Assembly (NCBI GenBank): GCA_016185615.1
Contig: JACPNE010000007.1
Span: forward strand, 1,760-65,759
From: Candidatus Woesearchaeota archaeon
GTDB lineage: Archaea; Nanobdellota; Nanobdellia; SCGC-AAA011-G17; JACPNG01
DNA length: 64,000 nt
Direction of reading: 5' to 3'
The translations under genes were made by a program, and so were the position numbers. The notes below the pieces were generated by a model. That model was given only the letters and a program-made list of their open reading frames with translations, had not been told where the DNA came from and made no database searches. Numbering within the stretch: the first letter of the stretch is position 1; every line of letters starts with the position of its first letter. Below are positions 27,178 through 37,692 of this stretch, one piece after another.

Positions 27178-28017
27178 ATGATAAAAAATCAAATTAAAAC
27201 AGCAGTACTATTAGGAGCATTAACTGGATTATTATTGGCTGTTGGTTTCCTAATAGGTGGAAATGATGGATTGATAGTAGCATTAATCTTTTCTTTATTA
27301 ATGAATTTTGGAACTTACTGGTTTTCAGATAAAATTGTGTTGATGATGTATAGAGCAAAACAAGTTGATAAAAATCATCAGTTATACAAATTAGTAGAAG
27401 AGGTTGTTAAAGAAGCAAAAGTTCCGATGCCAAAGGTGTATACCCTTCCTACTAATAACTTAAATGCTTTCGCAACAGGAAGATCCCAAAAAAAATCATC
27501 AGTTGCAGCTACAGAAGGGATTATACAACATTTGACTAAAGAAGAATTAAAAGGTGTAATGGCACATGAAATAGCCCATGTAAAAAATAGAGATACATTA
27601 ATAGCAACCATAGCAGCAACAATTGCTGGAATTATAAGCTACTTAGCTTACATGGCAAGATTTGCTTCCATATTTGGCGGAGACAGAGATAGAAATGCAG
27701 GAGATTTATTTGTCATGTTAGGATTAGCTATCCTAACTCCGATAATTGCTACATTGATACAATTAGCTATTTCAAGATCTAGAGAATTTATTGCAGATGA
27801 AACCGGGGCAAGATTCATTAAAAATCCAGATGCTTTAGCGAGAGCATTAGAAAAGCTTGAGTCATACAACAAAAATCACCCAATAACCTTTGGTACACAA
27901 GCCACAAGCAGTTTATTCATTGTAAATCCATTCTCTGGAAGAAATTTCATAAAATTATTTTCAACACACCCCCCAACAGAAGAGAGAATTAAAAGATTAA
28001 GAAGTTTGAAAATTTGA
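27178..28017 (+). CDS. htpX: Zinc metalloprotease HtpX
   Basis: NAFATGR, AHEIAH, SRSREFIAD, FSTHPPTEERI. Confidence 0.96.
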   Translation: MIKNQIKTAVLLGALTGLLLAVGFLIGGNDGLIVALIFSLLMNFGTYWFSDKIVLMMYRAKQVDKNHQLYKLVEEVVKEAKVPMPKVYTLPTNNLNAFATGRSQKKSSVAATEGIIQHLTKEELKGVMAHEIAHVKNRDTLIATIAATIAGIISYLAYMARFASIFGGDRDRNAGDLFVMLGLAILTPIIATLIQLAISRSREFIADETGARFIKNPDALARALEKLESYNKNHPITFGTQATSSLFIVNPFSGRNFIKLFSTHPPTEERIKRLRSLKI

Positions 28018-29214
28018 ACTTGTACTTGCAGAATATTTAACCCAGCTTCTTTCTTTTAGCCCTTGAATTATATCTTGATTTATTTTTTCCCATGGGAAAT
28101 AATATCCATTATCTGATTCTCTTCCAAAATGCCCATAAGCGCTAGTCTGTTCATAAATTGGTCTTAATAAATCTAAATTTCTTATTATAACTCCGGGTCT
28201 TACATCAAAAACATCTCTTGCTACCTCTTTTAATTGATTATCATCTATTATTCCTGTATTAAATGTATTAATTTCGAATATATGCGAGTTTGGTTTACCA
28301 ATTGTATAAGAAAAATTAACTTCACATTTAGTTGCTAATCCTGATGCAACAATGTGTTTTGCAATATACCTAGCCATATAAGCAGAGCTTCTATCCACTT
28401 TACTTGGATCTTTTCCTGAGAAAGCACCACCACCATGCCTTGCATACCCCCCATAAGTATCTACTATTATCTTTCTTCCAGTTAATCCCGTATCTCCATC
28501 AGGACCACCCTTAGTAAACCTGCCTGTGCCATTAATTATTATATCTTCTTTTTTTAATCCATTTAAATATCTCTTTTCAACAACTTCTTTTATAACCAAT
28601 TCATACAATCCCTCAAATAATGTTTCATTATCTATACTATCTATATGTTGTGAAGCTAATGTAATACTCTTAACACCAACTACATAATTATCTAAATATT
28701 GTACTGTCACTTGAGATTTTCCATCTGGCAATAAAGATGGTAAGATTTTTTTCTTTCTTACTTCTGCCATTCTTCTAGTTAGTTTATGTGCTAACATTAT
28801 TGGATAGGGCATTAACTCCTTAGTTTCATTACAAGCAAAGCCAAACATCATACCTTGGTCTCCTGCCCCTTGTTCTTCTCCAGATTTTATTCCTTGGGCA
28901 ATATCTGGACTTTGGTTATTTCTTTTGTCTAACACATCCACATTCTTATAGTTATATCCAGGATAGTCAGTATAACCTATATCCTTTATTGTATTTCTAA
29001 CTAAATTCTCTAAATCAAATTTAGCATTTGTTGTTATTTCTCCAGAAACCACCACAAAATTTGTAGTTGTTAATGTCTCACAAGCAACCCTAGAATTTTT
29101 ATCCTGTCTTAAACAACTATCTAGTACAGCATCAGATATTCTATCAGCAACCTTATCAGGGTGCCCCTCAGTTACAGATTCAGAAGTAAATTCCCATCCA
29201 CCCATATTAATCAC
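27997..29214 (-). CDS. metK: S-adenosylmethionine synthetase, bacterial/eukaryotic type
   Basis: FTSESVTEGHPDK, GAGDQG, DGKSQVTV, DTGLTGRKIIVDTYGG, GGGAFSGKDPSKVDRS. Confidence 0.96.
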   Translation of the reverse strand: MINMGGWEFTSESVTEGHPDKVADRISDAVLDSCLRQDKNSRVACETLTTTNFVVVSGEITTNAKFDLENLVRNTIKDIGYTDYPGYNYKNVDVLDKRNNQSPDIAQGIKSGEEQGAGDQGMMFGFACNETKELMPYPIMLAHKLTRRMAEVRKKKILPSLLPDGKSQVTVQYLDNYVVGVKSITLASQHIDSIDNETLFEGLYELVIKEVVEKRYLNGLKKEDIIINGTGRFTKGGPDGDTGLTGRKIIVDTYGGYARHGGGAFSGKDPSKVDRSSAYMARYIAKHIVASGLATKCEVNFSYTIGKPNSHIFEINTFNTGIIDDNQLKEVARDVFDVRPGVIIRNLDLLRPIYEQTSAYGHFGRESDNGYYFPWEKINQDIIQGLKERSWVKYSASTSSNFQTS

Positions 29215-29261
29215 TATAACATCTACAAAAGGAATTTAAAAGCATTGTTATGCTCTTATAT

Positions 29262-30488
29262 TTATTTTTTCAGCCATTCTATCTCTTCTGGAGTTAAGTC
29301 AAGATAATCTTGTAAATCTGTGTTGTCTTTTATTATCTTGATATAATAAAAAAACTCATTCAAGGTTTTTCTCAATGAAGTTTTAGAGAATAAAGAAATT
29401 TTTGTTGCTATGTCTTTCTTTTTTCTGCTTACTAAAAACCATAACTTTCTATTATTTTTTGGGCTTCTTTTTGTCTTTTTATAAATAGAGATCATGCTTT
29501 TGCTTTCATTTAAGGATAATGAAGCAAATAGATCAACTATATATGCTAAATATCTCCAATATTGTCTTCTCATTATTCTACTTCTAAATAAATCAACCCT
29601 ACTAAGAACCTCAAATGAGACTTTTACTGGCTCTTCTTCATATTGAAAAGGAATATTTTCTTCTAACCAATAGTATAATACATTATCATTATTGAATATG
29701 ACATTTGTTAAATTTCTTTTTGAGAAATCAATTAAATCCAGATTTATCATATCAATATATTCCCTTGACTTTTTCATATCATTCATTTTAAATATAACAT
29801 TCAATACATTGTTTATATTTTCTGATTGCAATCTATCAAAATAATCCAAGCCTTCTATAGTAAATTTATTATTATGGGTTAATGTTTGAAGATCAGTTAT
29901 TGCCGCCCTTGTATCCCCTCTGCTAATTTTTGCTAATGTCATCAGATTTTCTTGATTATAACTAATATTTTCTTTGTTGCATATCTCTTTTAGTATTGAG
30001 AATATTTGATTATCTTCTAATTTTTTATATTCTAACAATAAAACTTTTTTTATTAATCCTTCAATTTTCTCTAATTCTATAGTATTGGATGTGAGAATAA
30101 TAGGAAAATTTGATTCTTCTATTATTTTGATTAATGATTGTACCCCACCCCTATCTTGACTACTTATTCCATCTATTTCATCTAATAAAATTATTTTGCC
30201 ATTGAAAAAAAGAGATTTCTGCCTTACAGCACTTCCCAAGATATTTTCTATACTCTCTTTATCTCTAAAATTACTTGCATTCAATTCAAATAACTCATAA
30301 TTAAGATCTCGTGCCAATGCGTATACACTTAATGTTTTCCCGCACCCGGAAGGACCAAATATTAGCAAACCTTTGCCTACTTTGAAATTGTTCACAAAAT
30401 CTTTTAATGTTTTTATTTCTCTATCAATCCCTTTTATTTCTTTTAATGTTTTTGGCCTATATTTATCTAATAGCAAGCTCATTTTCAA
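29262..30488 (-). CDS. rfcL: Replication factor C large subunit
   Basis: KYRPK, GPSGCGKT, ELNAS, LDEIDG. Confidence 0.92.
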   Translation of the reverse strand: MKMSLLLDKYRPKTLKEIKGIDREIKTLKDFVNNFKVGKGLLIFGPSGCGKTLSVYALARDLNYELFELNASNFRDKESIENILGSAVRQKSLFFNGKIILLDEIDGISSQDRGGVQSLIKIIEESNFPIILTSNTIELEKIEGLIKKVLLLEYKKLEDNQIFSILKEICNKENISYNQENLMTLAKISRGDTRAAITDLQTLTHNNKFTIEGLDYFDRLQSENINNVLNVIFKMNDMKKSREYIDMINLDLIDFSKRNLTNVIFNNDNVLYYWLEENIPFQYEEEPVKVSFEVLSRVDLFRSRIMRRQYWRYLAYIVDLFASLSLNESKSMISIYKKTKRSPKNNRKLWFLVSRKKKDIATKISLFSKTSLRKTLNEFFYYIKIIKDNTDLQDYLDLTPEEIEWLKK

Positions 30489-31059
30489 AGAATTTTATTA
30501 TTCCATTTTTAGAATTAATGAATCTTATATTGATCTTATTTGCCTCTTCCCAAACTTCTTTTAATCCTTCTATACCATTATCTTCTTTAAGCACATTTCT
30601 ATAATATTTTGCTCCAAACAAATTTTCTATAACCTTTTTTTCTATTAAAAATAATGGTAAATGTGCAATAAATGACATATCTTTATTTGGATAAAGCCTT
30701 TCCAATAAATATAGCAATTTAGCACTTTTATAATTCTGAACTAAAAGTAGATGAATAATCTCATGAATCAATACATCATTAAACTTATCATAGTCATTAT
30801 ATATTTTTATTGTCAATGGATGTGATAAAGCATTATAATCCATATTCTTAACTAAAAAACAAGTCACATCACCATTAAATTTTATTTTACTAATCTTCTC
30901 AATTTCTTTAATTACTTTTTTTTCTACTTTTCTCCAATCTTTTTCTACTTTAATAAGAAATTTTTTAACTTCTGATGATTGATTATCAGAATAACTTAAT
31001 CCAGACATTTCAGTTAGCATCCTGTCGTATGGAGCTGAATAAAAAAAGTTTACCCTCAT
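30463..31059 (-). CDS. Hypothetical zincin-like (HExxH) protein
   Basis: LIHEIIHLLL motif; lies between rfcS and rfcL. Confidence 0.7.
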   Translation of the reverse strand: MRVNFFYSAPYDRMLTEMSGLSYSDNQSSEVKKFLIKVEKDWRKVEKKVIKEIEKISKIKFNGDVTCFLVKNMDYNALSHPLTIKIYNDYDKFNDVLIHEIIHLLLVQNYKSAKLLYLLERLYPNKDMSFIAHLPLFLIEKKVIENLFGAKYYRNVLKEDNGIEGLKEVWEEANKINIRFINSKNGIIKFFENELAIR

Positions 31060-31991
31060 TTTTTAACAAAATTTGCAAGTAAAGTTTCCAATTGCAAAAA
31101 TTCATCACTCCCCTCTACTATTCTAAATTCAATTTCTCCGCATTTATCTATTAATTTAATCTTTTCTTTATCTTCTATATCTAAATTCCATATTTCTTTA
31201 TGAATTTGTTTTATAACATCTAAGCCACTTAATCCTTGCCGTAGCATAACTTCCAATAACCTTTCTCTGGCTCTTACAAAATCGCCATTAATTGCAATAT
31301 TTAATACCTCAATTATATCTTTTGGCTTGGCCCTTGATACCAAATCATAAATTAAATCTTCAGTTATACTACTATTTATAACTGCACAACTTTGTATTAT
31401 ATTCTCTATCTTTCTTATGTCCCCTTCACCAACCTCAATTAATGCATTTAATGCCTTTTCATCTATCTTCAGTTTTTCATTCTTTGATACGTTACTTATT
31501 ATGGCTTTTATATCTTCTCTCTCTAAGGGTTTGAATCTAAAAACAGTACATCTACTTTGTATTGGGTCTATTATTTTGCTAGAATAGTTAGCTAACAAAC
31601 AAAATCTGCACGTATTTGAATATGTTTCCATTGTTCTTCTTAATGCTTGTTGAGCTTCTCTTGTTAATGAATCAGCCTCATCAAGAATGCACAGCTTTGG
31701 AGTATCATTAAAAGATTTTGTCCTTGCAAAATCCTTCACTTTATTTCTTATAATATCAATTCCCCTTTCATCAGAAGCATTTAACTCAAGTGTATTCTCC
31801 TGCCAATTGTCTCCATAAAGCTCTCTGCTTGCAACCAATATTAAAGAAGTCTTTCCAACTCCGGCTGGACCCGCAAATAGAAGATTATTTAGGTTTTTAT
31901 GCTCAACCATTGCCCTTATTCTTTCAACTATTACCTTTTGTCCTTTTATATCATCGAATTTCTTAGGCCTATACTTTTCAGTAAATAACAT
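31056..31991 (-). CDS. rfcS: Replication factor C small subunit
   Basis: EKYRPK, GPAGVGKT, LELNASDERG, DEAD, IQSRC. Confidence 0.96.
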   Translation of the reverse strand: MLFTEKYRPKKFDDIKGQKVIVERIRAMVEHKNLNNLLFAGPAGVGKTSLILVASRELYGDNWQENTLELNASDERGIDIIRNKVKDFARTKSFNDTPKLCILDEADSLTREAQQALRRTMETYSNTCRFCLLANYSSKIIDPIQSRCTVFRFKPLEREDIKAIISNVSKNEKLKIDEKALNALIEVGEGDIRKIENIIQSCAVINSSITEDLIYDLVSRAKPKDIIEVLNIAINGDFVRARERLLEVMLRQGLSGLDVIKQIHKEIWNLDIEDKEKIKLIDKCGEIEFRIVEGSDEFLQLETLLANFVKK

Positions 31992-32076
31992 TTGAGTGCT
32001 CTTTTGTCTATATTTATATAATTTTGTATATTAGAAAAATTTTATAAATTTAGCTTAATTAAGTTAGAAGTTAAAA

Positions 32077-34953
32077 ATGTATGATTTTAAGAAAATAGAA
32101 GAAAACGTACTAGATTTTTGGAAAAAGAACAGAATTTATGAGAAAGTCAAGAAGAAGAATAACAAAAGAAAAAAATTTTATTTTTTGGATGGTCCGCCAT
32201 ATACCTCTGGGAAGGTGCACATAGGCACAGCATGGAATAAATCATTAAAAGATTCTGTATTAAGGTATAAAAGAGCAAAGGGATTTGATGTATGGGATCG
32301 AGCTGGATATGATATGCATGGATTGCCAACTGAGAACGCAACCCTTAAAAAATTAGGATTAAAAAATAATGATGACGTTGTTTCTTTTGGAATTTCCAGA
32401 TTTATTGAAGAATGTAAAAAACTCTGTTTAGAAAATATGAATTCTATGAATGGGGATTTCAAAAGACTTGGTGTATGGATGGATTTTGATAATGCTTATC
32501 AGTCAATAACTAAGGAGTTTATAGAGGGAGAATGGTGGTTAATAAAGAAAGCTCATGAAAAAGGAAGATTATATGAAGGATTAAGGACAATGACTTGGTG
32601 TCCAATCACAGAATCAGCTTTGGCTAAACATGAACTTGAGTATAAGAATATAACTGATAATTCTATTTATGTCAAACTTAAATTAGAGGACAAAAATGAC
32701 CATTATTTGATAATATGGACTACTACGCCCTGGACACTTGCGTTTAATTTAGCAGTTATGGTGAATCCCGATATAACTTATGTCAAAGCTAAAGTTGATA
32801 ATGAGTTTTGGTATGTTGCTGCTGATTTGGCACAGCCATTCATAAAAGGAATAGCAAATAAAGAATTTAAGATAATTGAGAAGATGAAAGGTAAGAGTCT
32901 GGAAGGGTTTGGTTATATTCCTCCGTTTTACAATGAATTAAAAAAATTTTATGATGAGATAAAATCAAATTCACAAAAAACACATACAGTAATCTTATCT
33001 AAGGATTATGTAGACACATCTGCTGGTACTGGACTAGTTCATTGTGCGCCTGGTTGTGGCCCAGAAGACTATGAAGTCGGATATAAGAATAATATTCCGC
33101 CGTTTAATAATATAGATACTAAGGGGATGTTTCCAAAGGGCATGGGCAAATTTTCTGGATTATTTGCTAGAAAAGATGATGATAAATTTATTGATGAATT
33201 GAAAAATTTGGGCGTTCTTATGGAAGTAGTAAAATATCAGCACGATTATCCACATGATTGGAGACATCATCAGCCAGTAATTTTCAGAACAACAAAACAA
33301 TGGTTTTTCAAAATAGAAGATTTGAAGGATAGTATGATAAAAGCTAATCGGAAAATAAAATGGACACCAAATGCTGCATTCAATGCTTTCGATTCATGGT
33401 TAAAAAATTTAAGGGATAATTCAATCTCAAAACAAAGATATTGGGGAACACCAATTCCAATATGGAAAAATGTAGAAGATGAGAATGATTATTTCTTGAT
33501 AAGCTCAGCAAATGAATTAGAAAATTTATCTAAAACAAAAATAAATGATTTGCATATTTCATCAATAGATAAGATAGAAATAAAAAAAGATGGTAAAATA
33601 TACAGAAGAATTCCAGATATTTTGGATGTTTGGGTTGATGCTGGAACTGTTTCATGGAACTGTTTAGATTATCCGTCTAATGAAAAGAATTTTAAAGAAT
33701 TATTTCCAGCTGATTTTATATTGGAAGGAAAAGATCAGATAAGGGGGTGGTTTAATCTTTTGATGGTTGCTTCTATGATTGCTTTTGATAAACCTTCTTT
33801 CAAAAATGTATATATGCATGGATTTGTTAATGATTCACTTGGAAGAAAAATGTCCAAGAGTTTAGGAAATTATATCCTTCCTCAAGAGGTTGTTGATAAA
33901 TATGGGGCTGATAGTTTTAGATATTATTGTATCGGTGGAACAAGTCCGGGACTAGATTTAAACTATAATTTTGAAGATATGAAACTAAAGAATAAAAATC
34001 TTACCGTCCTCTGGAATGTAAACAATTATTTAATAGATTTAATAAAAAGTTTAGATATAAATCCAAAAAATCTTAAAATCAAATCAATTGATTTATCAAT
34101 TGAAGAAAGATATATCCTGTCAAAATTAAATTCTACTATAAAAAGAGCAACAGAATTATTTGAAGAATACAAAATAAATGAAGTTCCAGGAGTCATAGAA
34201 GAGCTTTATCTGGAGTTAAGTAGGACTTATATTCAATTAATAAGAGATAAATCTTCAGTAGGAACAGAAAAAGAAAAGAAAGTAGTAGTTTATACTATTT
34301 ACAAGGTTCTTATTGAATCTCTTAAATTACTCGCTCCAATAACACCATTCATTACAGAAGAGATATATCAAAATCTAAAAAAAGAATTGAAACTAAAAGA
34401 AGAAAGCATTCATTTGTTTGATTGGCCCAAAGAAGATAAAAAAATGATAAATAAAAAACTAGAGGAAAATATACAAATATCTAAAGAGATAATAAGTGAA
34501 GCATTAGCACATAGAGAAAGAATAGGGTATGGGGTAAGATGGCCTTTGAATGTTATGGAGATTTATACATCAGATGAATCAGTAATAAAATCAATTAAAC
34601 AAATCGAACCTTTAATCATAAGACAAATTAATATCAAAAAAATAAAACTAATGAAAGAAAATGCAGGAACTAAATTTAAAATAATTCTTGATGATAAAAT
34701 AACTCCAGAATTAGAACAGGAAGGTTTTGCAAGGGAATTGACGAGAAGAATTCAGAACTTAAGGAAAAAAGCTGGATTAAAGAAACAAGATAAAATTAAA
34801 TTGAACTTAGTTTCAGATTATGATTTAGGGGAATTTATTAAAGAAATAAAAGAAAAAGTTGGGGCTAAGGAAATAACCAATAAACAGACAAAAGAAGCCT
34901 TAAAAGAGAATATTAAGGGTAAAGAATTCTTAATTTCTTTGTCAAAGATATGA
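32077..34953 (+). CDS. ileS: Isoleucine--tRNA ligase
   Basis: GPPYTSGKVHIGT, WTTTPWTL, GTGLVHCAPG, KMSKS. Confidence 0.97.
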   Translation: MYDFKKIEENVLDFWKKNRIYEKVKKKNNKRKKFYFLDGPPYTSGKVHIGTAWNKSLKDSVLRYKRAKGFDVWDRAGYDMHGLPTENATLKKLGLKNNDDVVSFGISRFIEECKKLCLENMNSMNGDFKRLGVWMDFDNAYQSITKEFIEGEWWLIKKAHEKGRLYEGLRTMTWCPITESALAKHELEYKNITDNSIYVKLKLEDKNDHYLIIWTTTPWTLAFNLAVMVNPDITYVKAKVDNEFWYVAADLAQPFIKGIANKEFKIIEKMKGKSLEGFGYIPPFYNELKKFYDEIKSNSQKTHTVILSKDYVDTSAGTGLVHCAPGCGPEDYEVGYKNNIPPFNNIDTKGMFPKGMGKFSGLFARKDDDKFIDELKNLGVLMEVVKYQHDYPHDWRHHQPVIFRTTKQWFFKIEDLKDSMIKANRKIKWTPNAAFNAFDSWLKNLRDNSISKQRYWGTPIPIWKNVEDENDYFLISSANELENLSKTKINDLHISSIDKIEIKKDGKIYRRIPDILDVWVDAGTVSWNCLDYPSNEKNFKELFPADFILEGKDQIRGWFNLLMVASMIAFDKPSFKNVYMHGFVNDSLGRKMSKSLGNYILPQEVVDKYGADSFRYYCIGGTSPGLDLNYNFEDMKLKNKNLTVLWNVNNYLIDLIKSLDINPKNLKIKSIDLSIEERYILSKLNSTIKRATELFEEYKINEVPGVIEELYLELSRTYIQLIRDKSSVGTEKEKKVVVYTIYKVLIESLKLLAPITPFITEEIYQNLKKELKLKEESIHLFDWPKEDKKMINKKLEENIQISKEIISEALAHRERIGYGVRWPLNVMEIYTSDESVIKSIKQIEPLIIRQINIKKIKLMKENAGTKFKIILDDKITPELEQEGFARELTRRIQNLRKKAGLKKQDKIKLNLVSDYDLGEFIKEIKEKVGAKEITNKQTKEALKENIKGKEFLISLSKI

Positions 34954-35036
34954 TTTCAGAGTGACTACATCTTTTAGGTTATATTTAAATACCTTTCTAT
35001 TCATTTATAAAGGAAAGCTATGATGGGGGGATAAAA

Positions 35037-35624
35037 ATAGCACAAGCAAAAACCAAATCTGTCAGTTCTAAAAGATCAAAGAAAGAAGTAAAACTACAAA
35101 ATATTGTTGCCACAACAACATTATGGCAAGATATTCCATTAATTAAGTTAGCAGAAACATTACCTAATACGGAATATAATCCAGAACAATTTCCAGGATT
35201 AGTAATGCGTATTAAAGAGCCAAAGACTTCTGCATTAATCTTTAGCTCAGGAAAAGTTGTATGTACAGGAGCTAAATCAATGCTTAAAGTAAAGGATTCA
35301 ATAAGGGCTATAATCAAAAATATAGAAAAAATAAACATAAGAATTAAAGTTGATAAAGTATTAAAAGAAATAAAAGTCCAAAATATGGTAGCCTCTGGAT
35401 CCATAGGAATGGACCTTAATCTTAACTCATTAGCTATGACTTTGGATAATACAGAATATGAGCCAGAACAATTTCCAGGACTAGTATTCAAGCTATCTGG
35501 AACAAATGCCACTTTCCTGTTGTTTAGTAATGGTAAAATCGTCTGTACTGGAACTAAATCAGAAAAGAAACTTCATGAAGCAGTTGACAAACTTATTATT
35601 CATTTAAAGAAGCACATCAGATGA
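35037..35624 (+). CDS. tbp: TATA-box-binding protein; conserved first repeat begins upstream of the track start (35205); start unresolved (ATA 35037 or G-run indel)
   Basis: In-frame QNIVAT...EYNPEQFPGLV upstream of 35205; second repeat QNMVAS...EYEPEQFPGLV. Confidence 0.93.
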   Translation: MAQAKTKSVSSKRSKKEVKLQNIVATTTLWQDIPLIKLAETLPNTEYNPEQFPGLVMRIKEPKTSALIFSSGKVVCTGAKSMLKVKDSIRAIIKNIEKINIRIKVDKVLKEIKVQNMVASGSIGMDLNLNSLAMTLDNTEYEPEQFPGLVFKLSGTNATFLLFSNGKIVCTGTKSEKKLHEAVDKLIIHLKKHIR

Positions 35625-35680
35625 ATAATATATTTTGAACCACAATAAATATTTATAATTTTAATTATATTCTCACTAAA

Positions 35681-37690
35681 ATGGAGGCTCAACAACAAAT
35701 AGAAAAGTTTCAAGAAATTCTTGAAAATCATTATCAGAAAGAGATACATAATGTAATAAACAAAGGCAAAAAATCAATAGTTTTGGATTTCAAGCTTTTG
35801 GCTGAGATTGAGCCAGATTTGGCTGAAGATTTGTTGGATACCCCTGAAGATACAATAAGATCAGCTGAATTGTCATTGGAACATTTTGATATTAAGAAAG
35901 ATTTTAGGGTTAGGTTTAAAAATCTACCAAAAACACAAGAAATAACAATTAAAGACATAAGATCTGAACATCTTGACAAATTTTTAACATTTATAGGGAT
36001 TGTAAGGCAAGCTTCAGATATAAGGCCACAAGTTGTTTCTGCAAGATTTGAATGCCCTAGTTGTGGAAACGTAATCTCAATATTACAGATAGATACTAAA
36101 TTTAAGGAGCCAATGAGGTGTAGTTGTGGAAGAAGGGGCAAATTTAGATTATTAAATAAAGATTTAGTAGATGCCCAAAGATTAATTGTAGAAGAGGCCC
36201 CAGAAGATTTACAGGGGGGAGAACAACCCAAAAGATTAGCTGTTTTTCTTAAAGAAGATTTAGTTGAGCCAATAATGGAAAAGAAAACAACCCCTGGAAG
36301 TAAAATAAGGGTAAATGGGGTAATAAAAGAGGTTCCAGTAATGCTGAAGTCTGGAGCCCAATCAATAAGATATGACTTAATTGCAGAATCAAATTATATT
36401 GAGCCATTAGAGCAGACCTTTGAGGACATTGATATAGATGAAAAAGAGATGGAAGAAATAGAGAAACTTGCAAAAGATCCCAAGGTTTATGAGAAATTAA
36501 TAAACAGTATAGCCCCATCAATATACGGACATGAAAAGGTAAAAGAAGCAATATTATTACAAATAATGGGAGCAGTTAAAAAAATAAGAGAGGATGGAAC
36601 AAGATCCAGAGGAGACATTCATGTGTTACTTGTAGGAGATCCAGGATCTGGTAAAAGTCAGATTCTAAAATTTGTCTCTAAAGCAGCACCAAAAGCAAGA
36701 TATGTAAGCGGAAAAGGAGCAACATCAGCAGGATTAACAGCATCCGTAGTAAGAGATGAATTTTTAAGAGGATGGGCATTAGAAGCAGGAGCCATAGTTC
36801 TTAGTAATCATGGTATAGCTTGTTTAGACGAATTAGACAAATTATCTACAGAAGATAGTTCTGCGTTGCATGAGGGAATGGAACAGCAAACTATTAGTAT
36901 CTCAAAGGCAAATATACAAGCAACACTAAGATCAGAAACAACTATATTGGCTGCAGCAAACCCGAAACTAGGAAGATTTGATCCATATCAACCAATAGCT
37001 TCACAGATTGATATGCCACCAACATTAATCAATAGATTTGATTTAATTTTTGTGATAAGGGATATTCCAAATAAAGAATTAGATGATAAAATAGCAAAAC
37101 ATGTTCTAAGATTACAGCAAGAACCCACATCTCTTGAGACCGAAGTTCCAGTAAAATTATTAAAAAAATATGTAGCTTATGTAAAACAAAAAATATATCC
37201 AATATTAACTGATGAAGCCATTAATGAAATAAAAAAGTTTTATATTGGTTTAAGATCTTCTGGTCAGACTGGAGAGGGAATTAAACCAATTCCAATCTCA
37301 GCAAGACAGTTAGAGGCATTAGTTAGGTTAGCCGAGGCTTCTGCAAGAGTAAGATTATCTGATAAAGTAACAAAGAAAGATGCAAAGAGAGCAATTGATT
37401 TGTTGAAATACTGTTTGATGCAGGTTGGTTATGATTATGAGACAAAACAAATTGATATAGATATAATCTCAACAGGAATTCCAGCCTCTGAAAGGTCAAG
37501 AATATATGTAATTAGAGATATAATCACACAGCTTGAAAAGAAAGTCGGGCAAAGAATTCCTATAACAGAAATATTAGAAGAAGCAAAAACAAAAAATATA
37601 AATGAATCTCAAGTTGAGGAAATCTTAGAAAGATTAAGGAGAGAAGGAGAGATATTCCAGCCAAATAGGGATACAATATCTAAAGTATAA
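35681..37690 (+). CDS. mcm: MCM replicative helicase
   Basis: CPSC zinc finger, GDPGSGKSQ, GLTA, LDELDK, ARQLE, C-terminal winged helix. Confidence 0.97.
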   Translation: MEAQQQIEKFQEILENHYQKEIHNVINKGKKSIVLDFKLLAEIEPDLAEDLLDTPEDTIRSAELSLEHFDIKKDFRVRFKNLPKTQEITIKDIRSEHLDKFLTFIGIVRQASDIRPQVVSARFECPSCGNVISILQIDTKFKEPMRCSCGRRGKFRLLNKDLVDAQRLIVEEAPEDLQGGEQPKRLAVFLKEDLVEPIMEKKTTPGSKIRVNGVIKEVPVMLKSGAQSIRYDLIAESNYIEPLEQTFEDIDIDEKEMEEIEKLAKDPKVYEKLINSIAPSIYGHEKVKEAILLQIMGAVKKIREDGTRSRGDIHVLLVGDPGSGKSQILKFVSKAAPKARYVSGKGATSAGLTASVVRDEFLRGWALEAGAIVLSNHGIACLDELDKLSTEDSSALHEGMEQQTISISKANIQATLRSETTILAAANPKLGRFDPYQPIASQIDMPPTLINRFDLIFVIRDIPNKELDDKIAKHVLRLQQEPTSLETEVPVKLLKKYVAYVKQKIYPILTDEAINEIKKFYIGLRSSGQTGEGIKPIPISARQLEALVRLAEASARVRLSDKVTKKDAKRAIDLLKYCLMQVGYDYETKQIDIDIISTGIPASERSRIYVIRDIITQLEKKVGQRIPITEILEEAKTKNINESQVEEILERLRREGEIFQPNRDTISKV

Positions 37691-37692
37691 AA

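Noticed and set aside
35181-35480. 18-bp direct repeat CCAGAACAATTTCCAGGA in tbp
   Set aside because: Encodes the conserved PEQFPG of the two TBP repeats using preferred codons; too short to argue for conversion.
35018-36551. Antisense ORFs over tbp and mcm
   Set aside because: Shadow frames of conserved genes.
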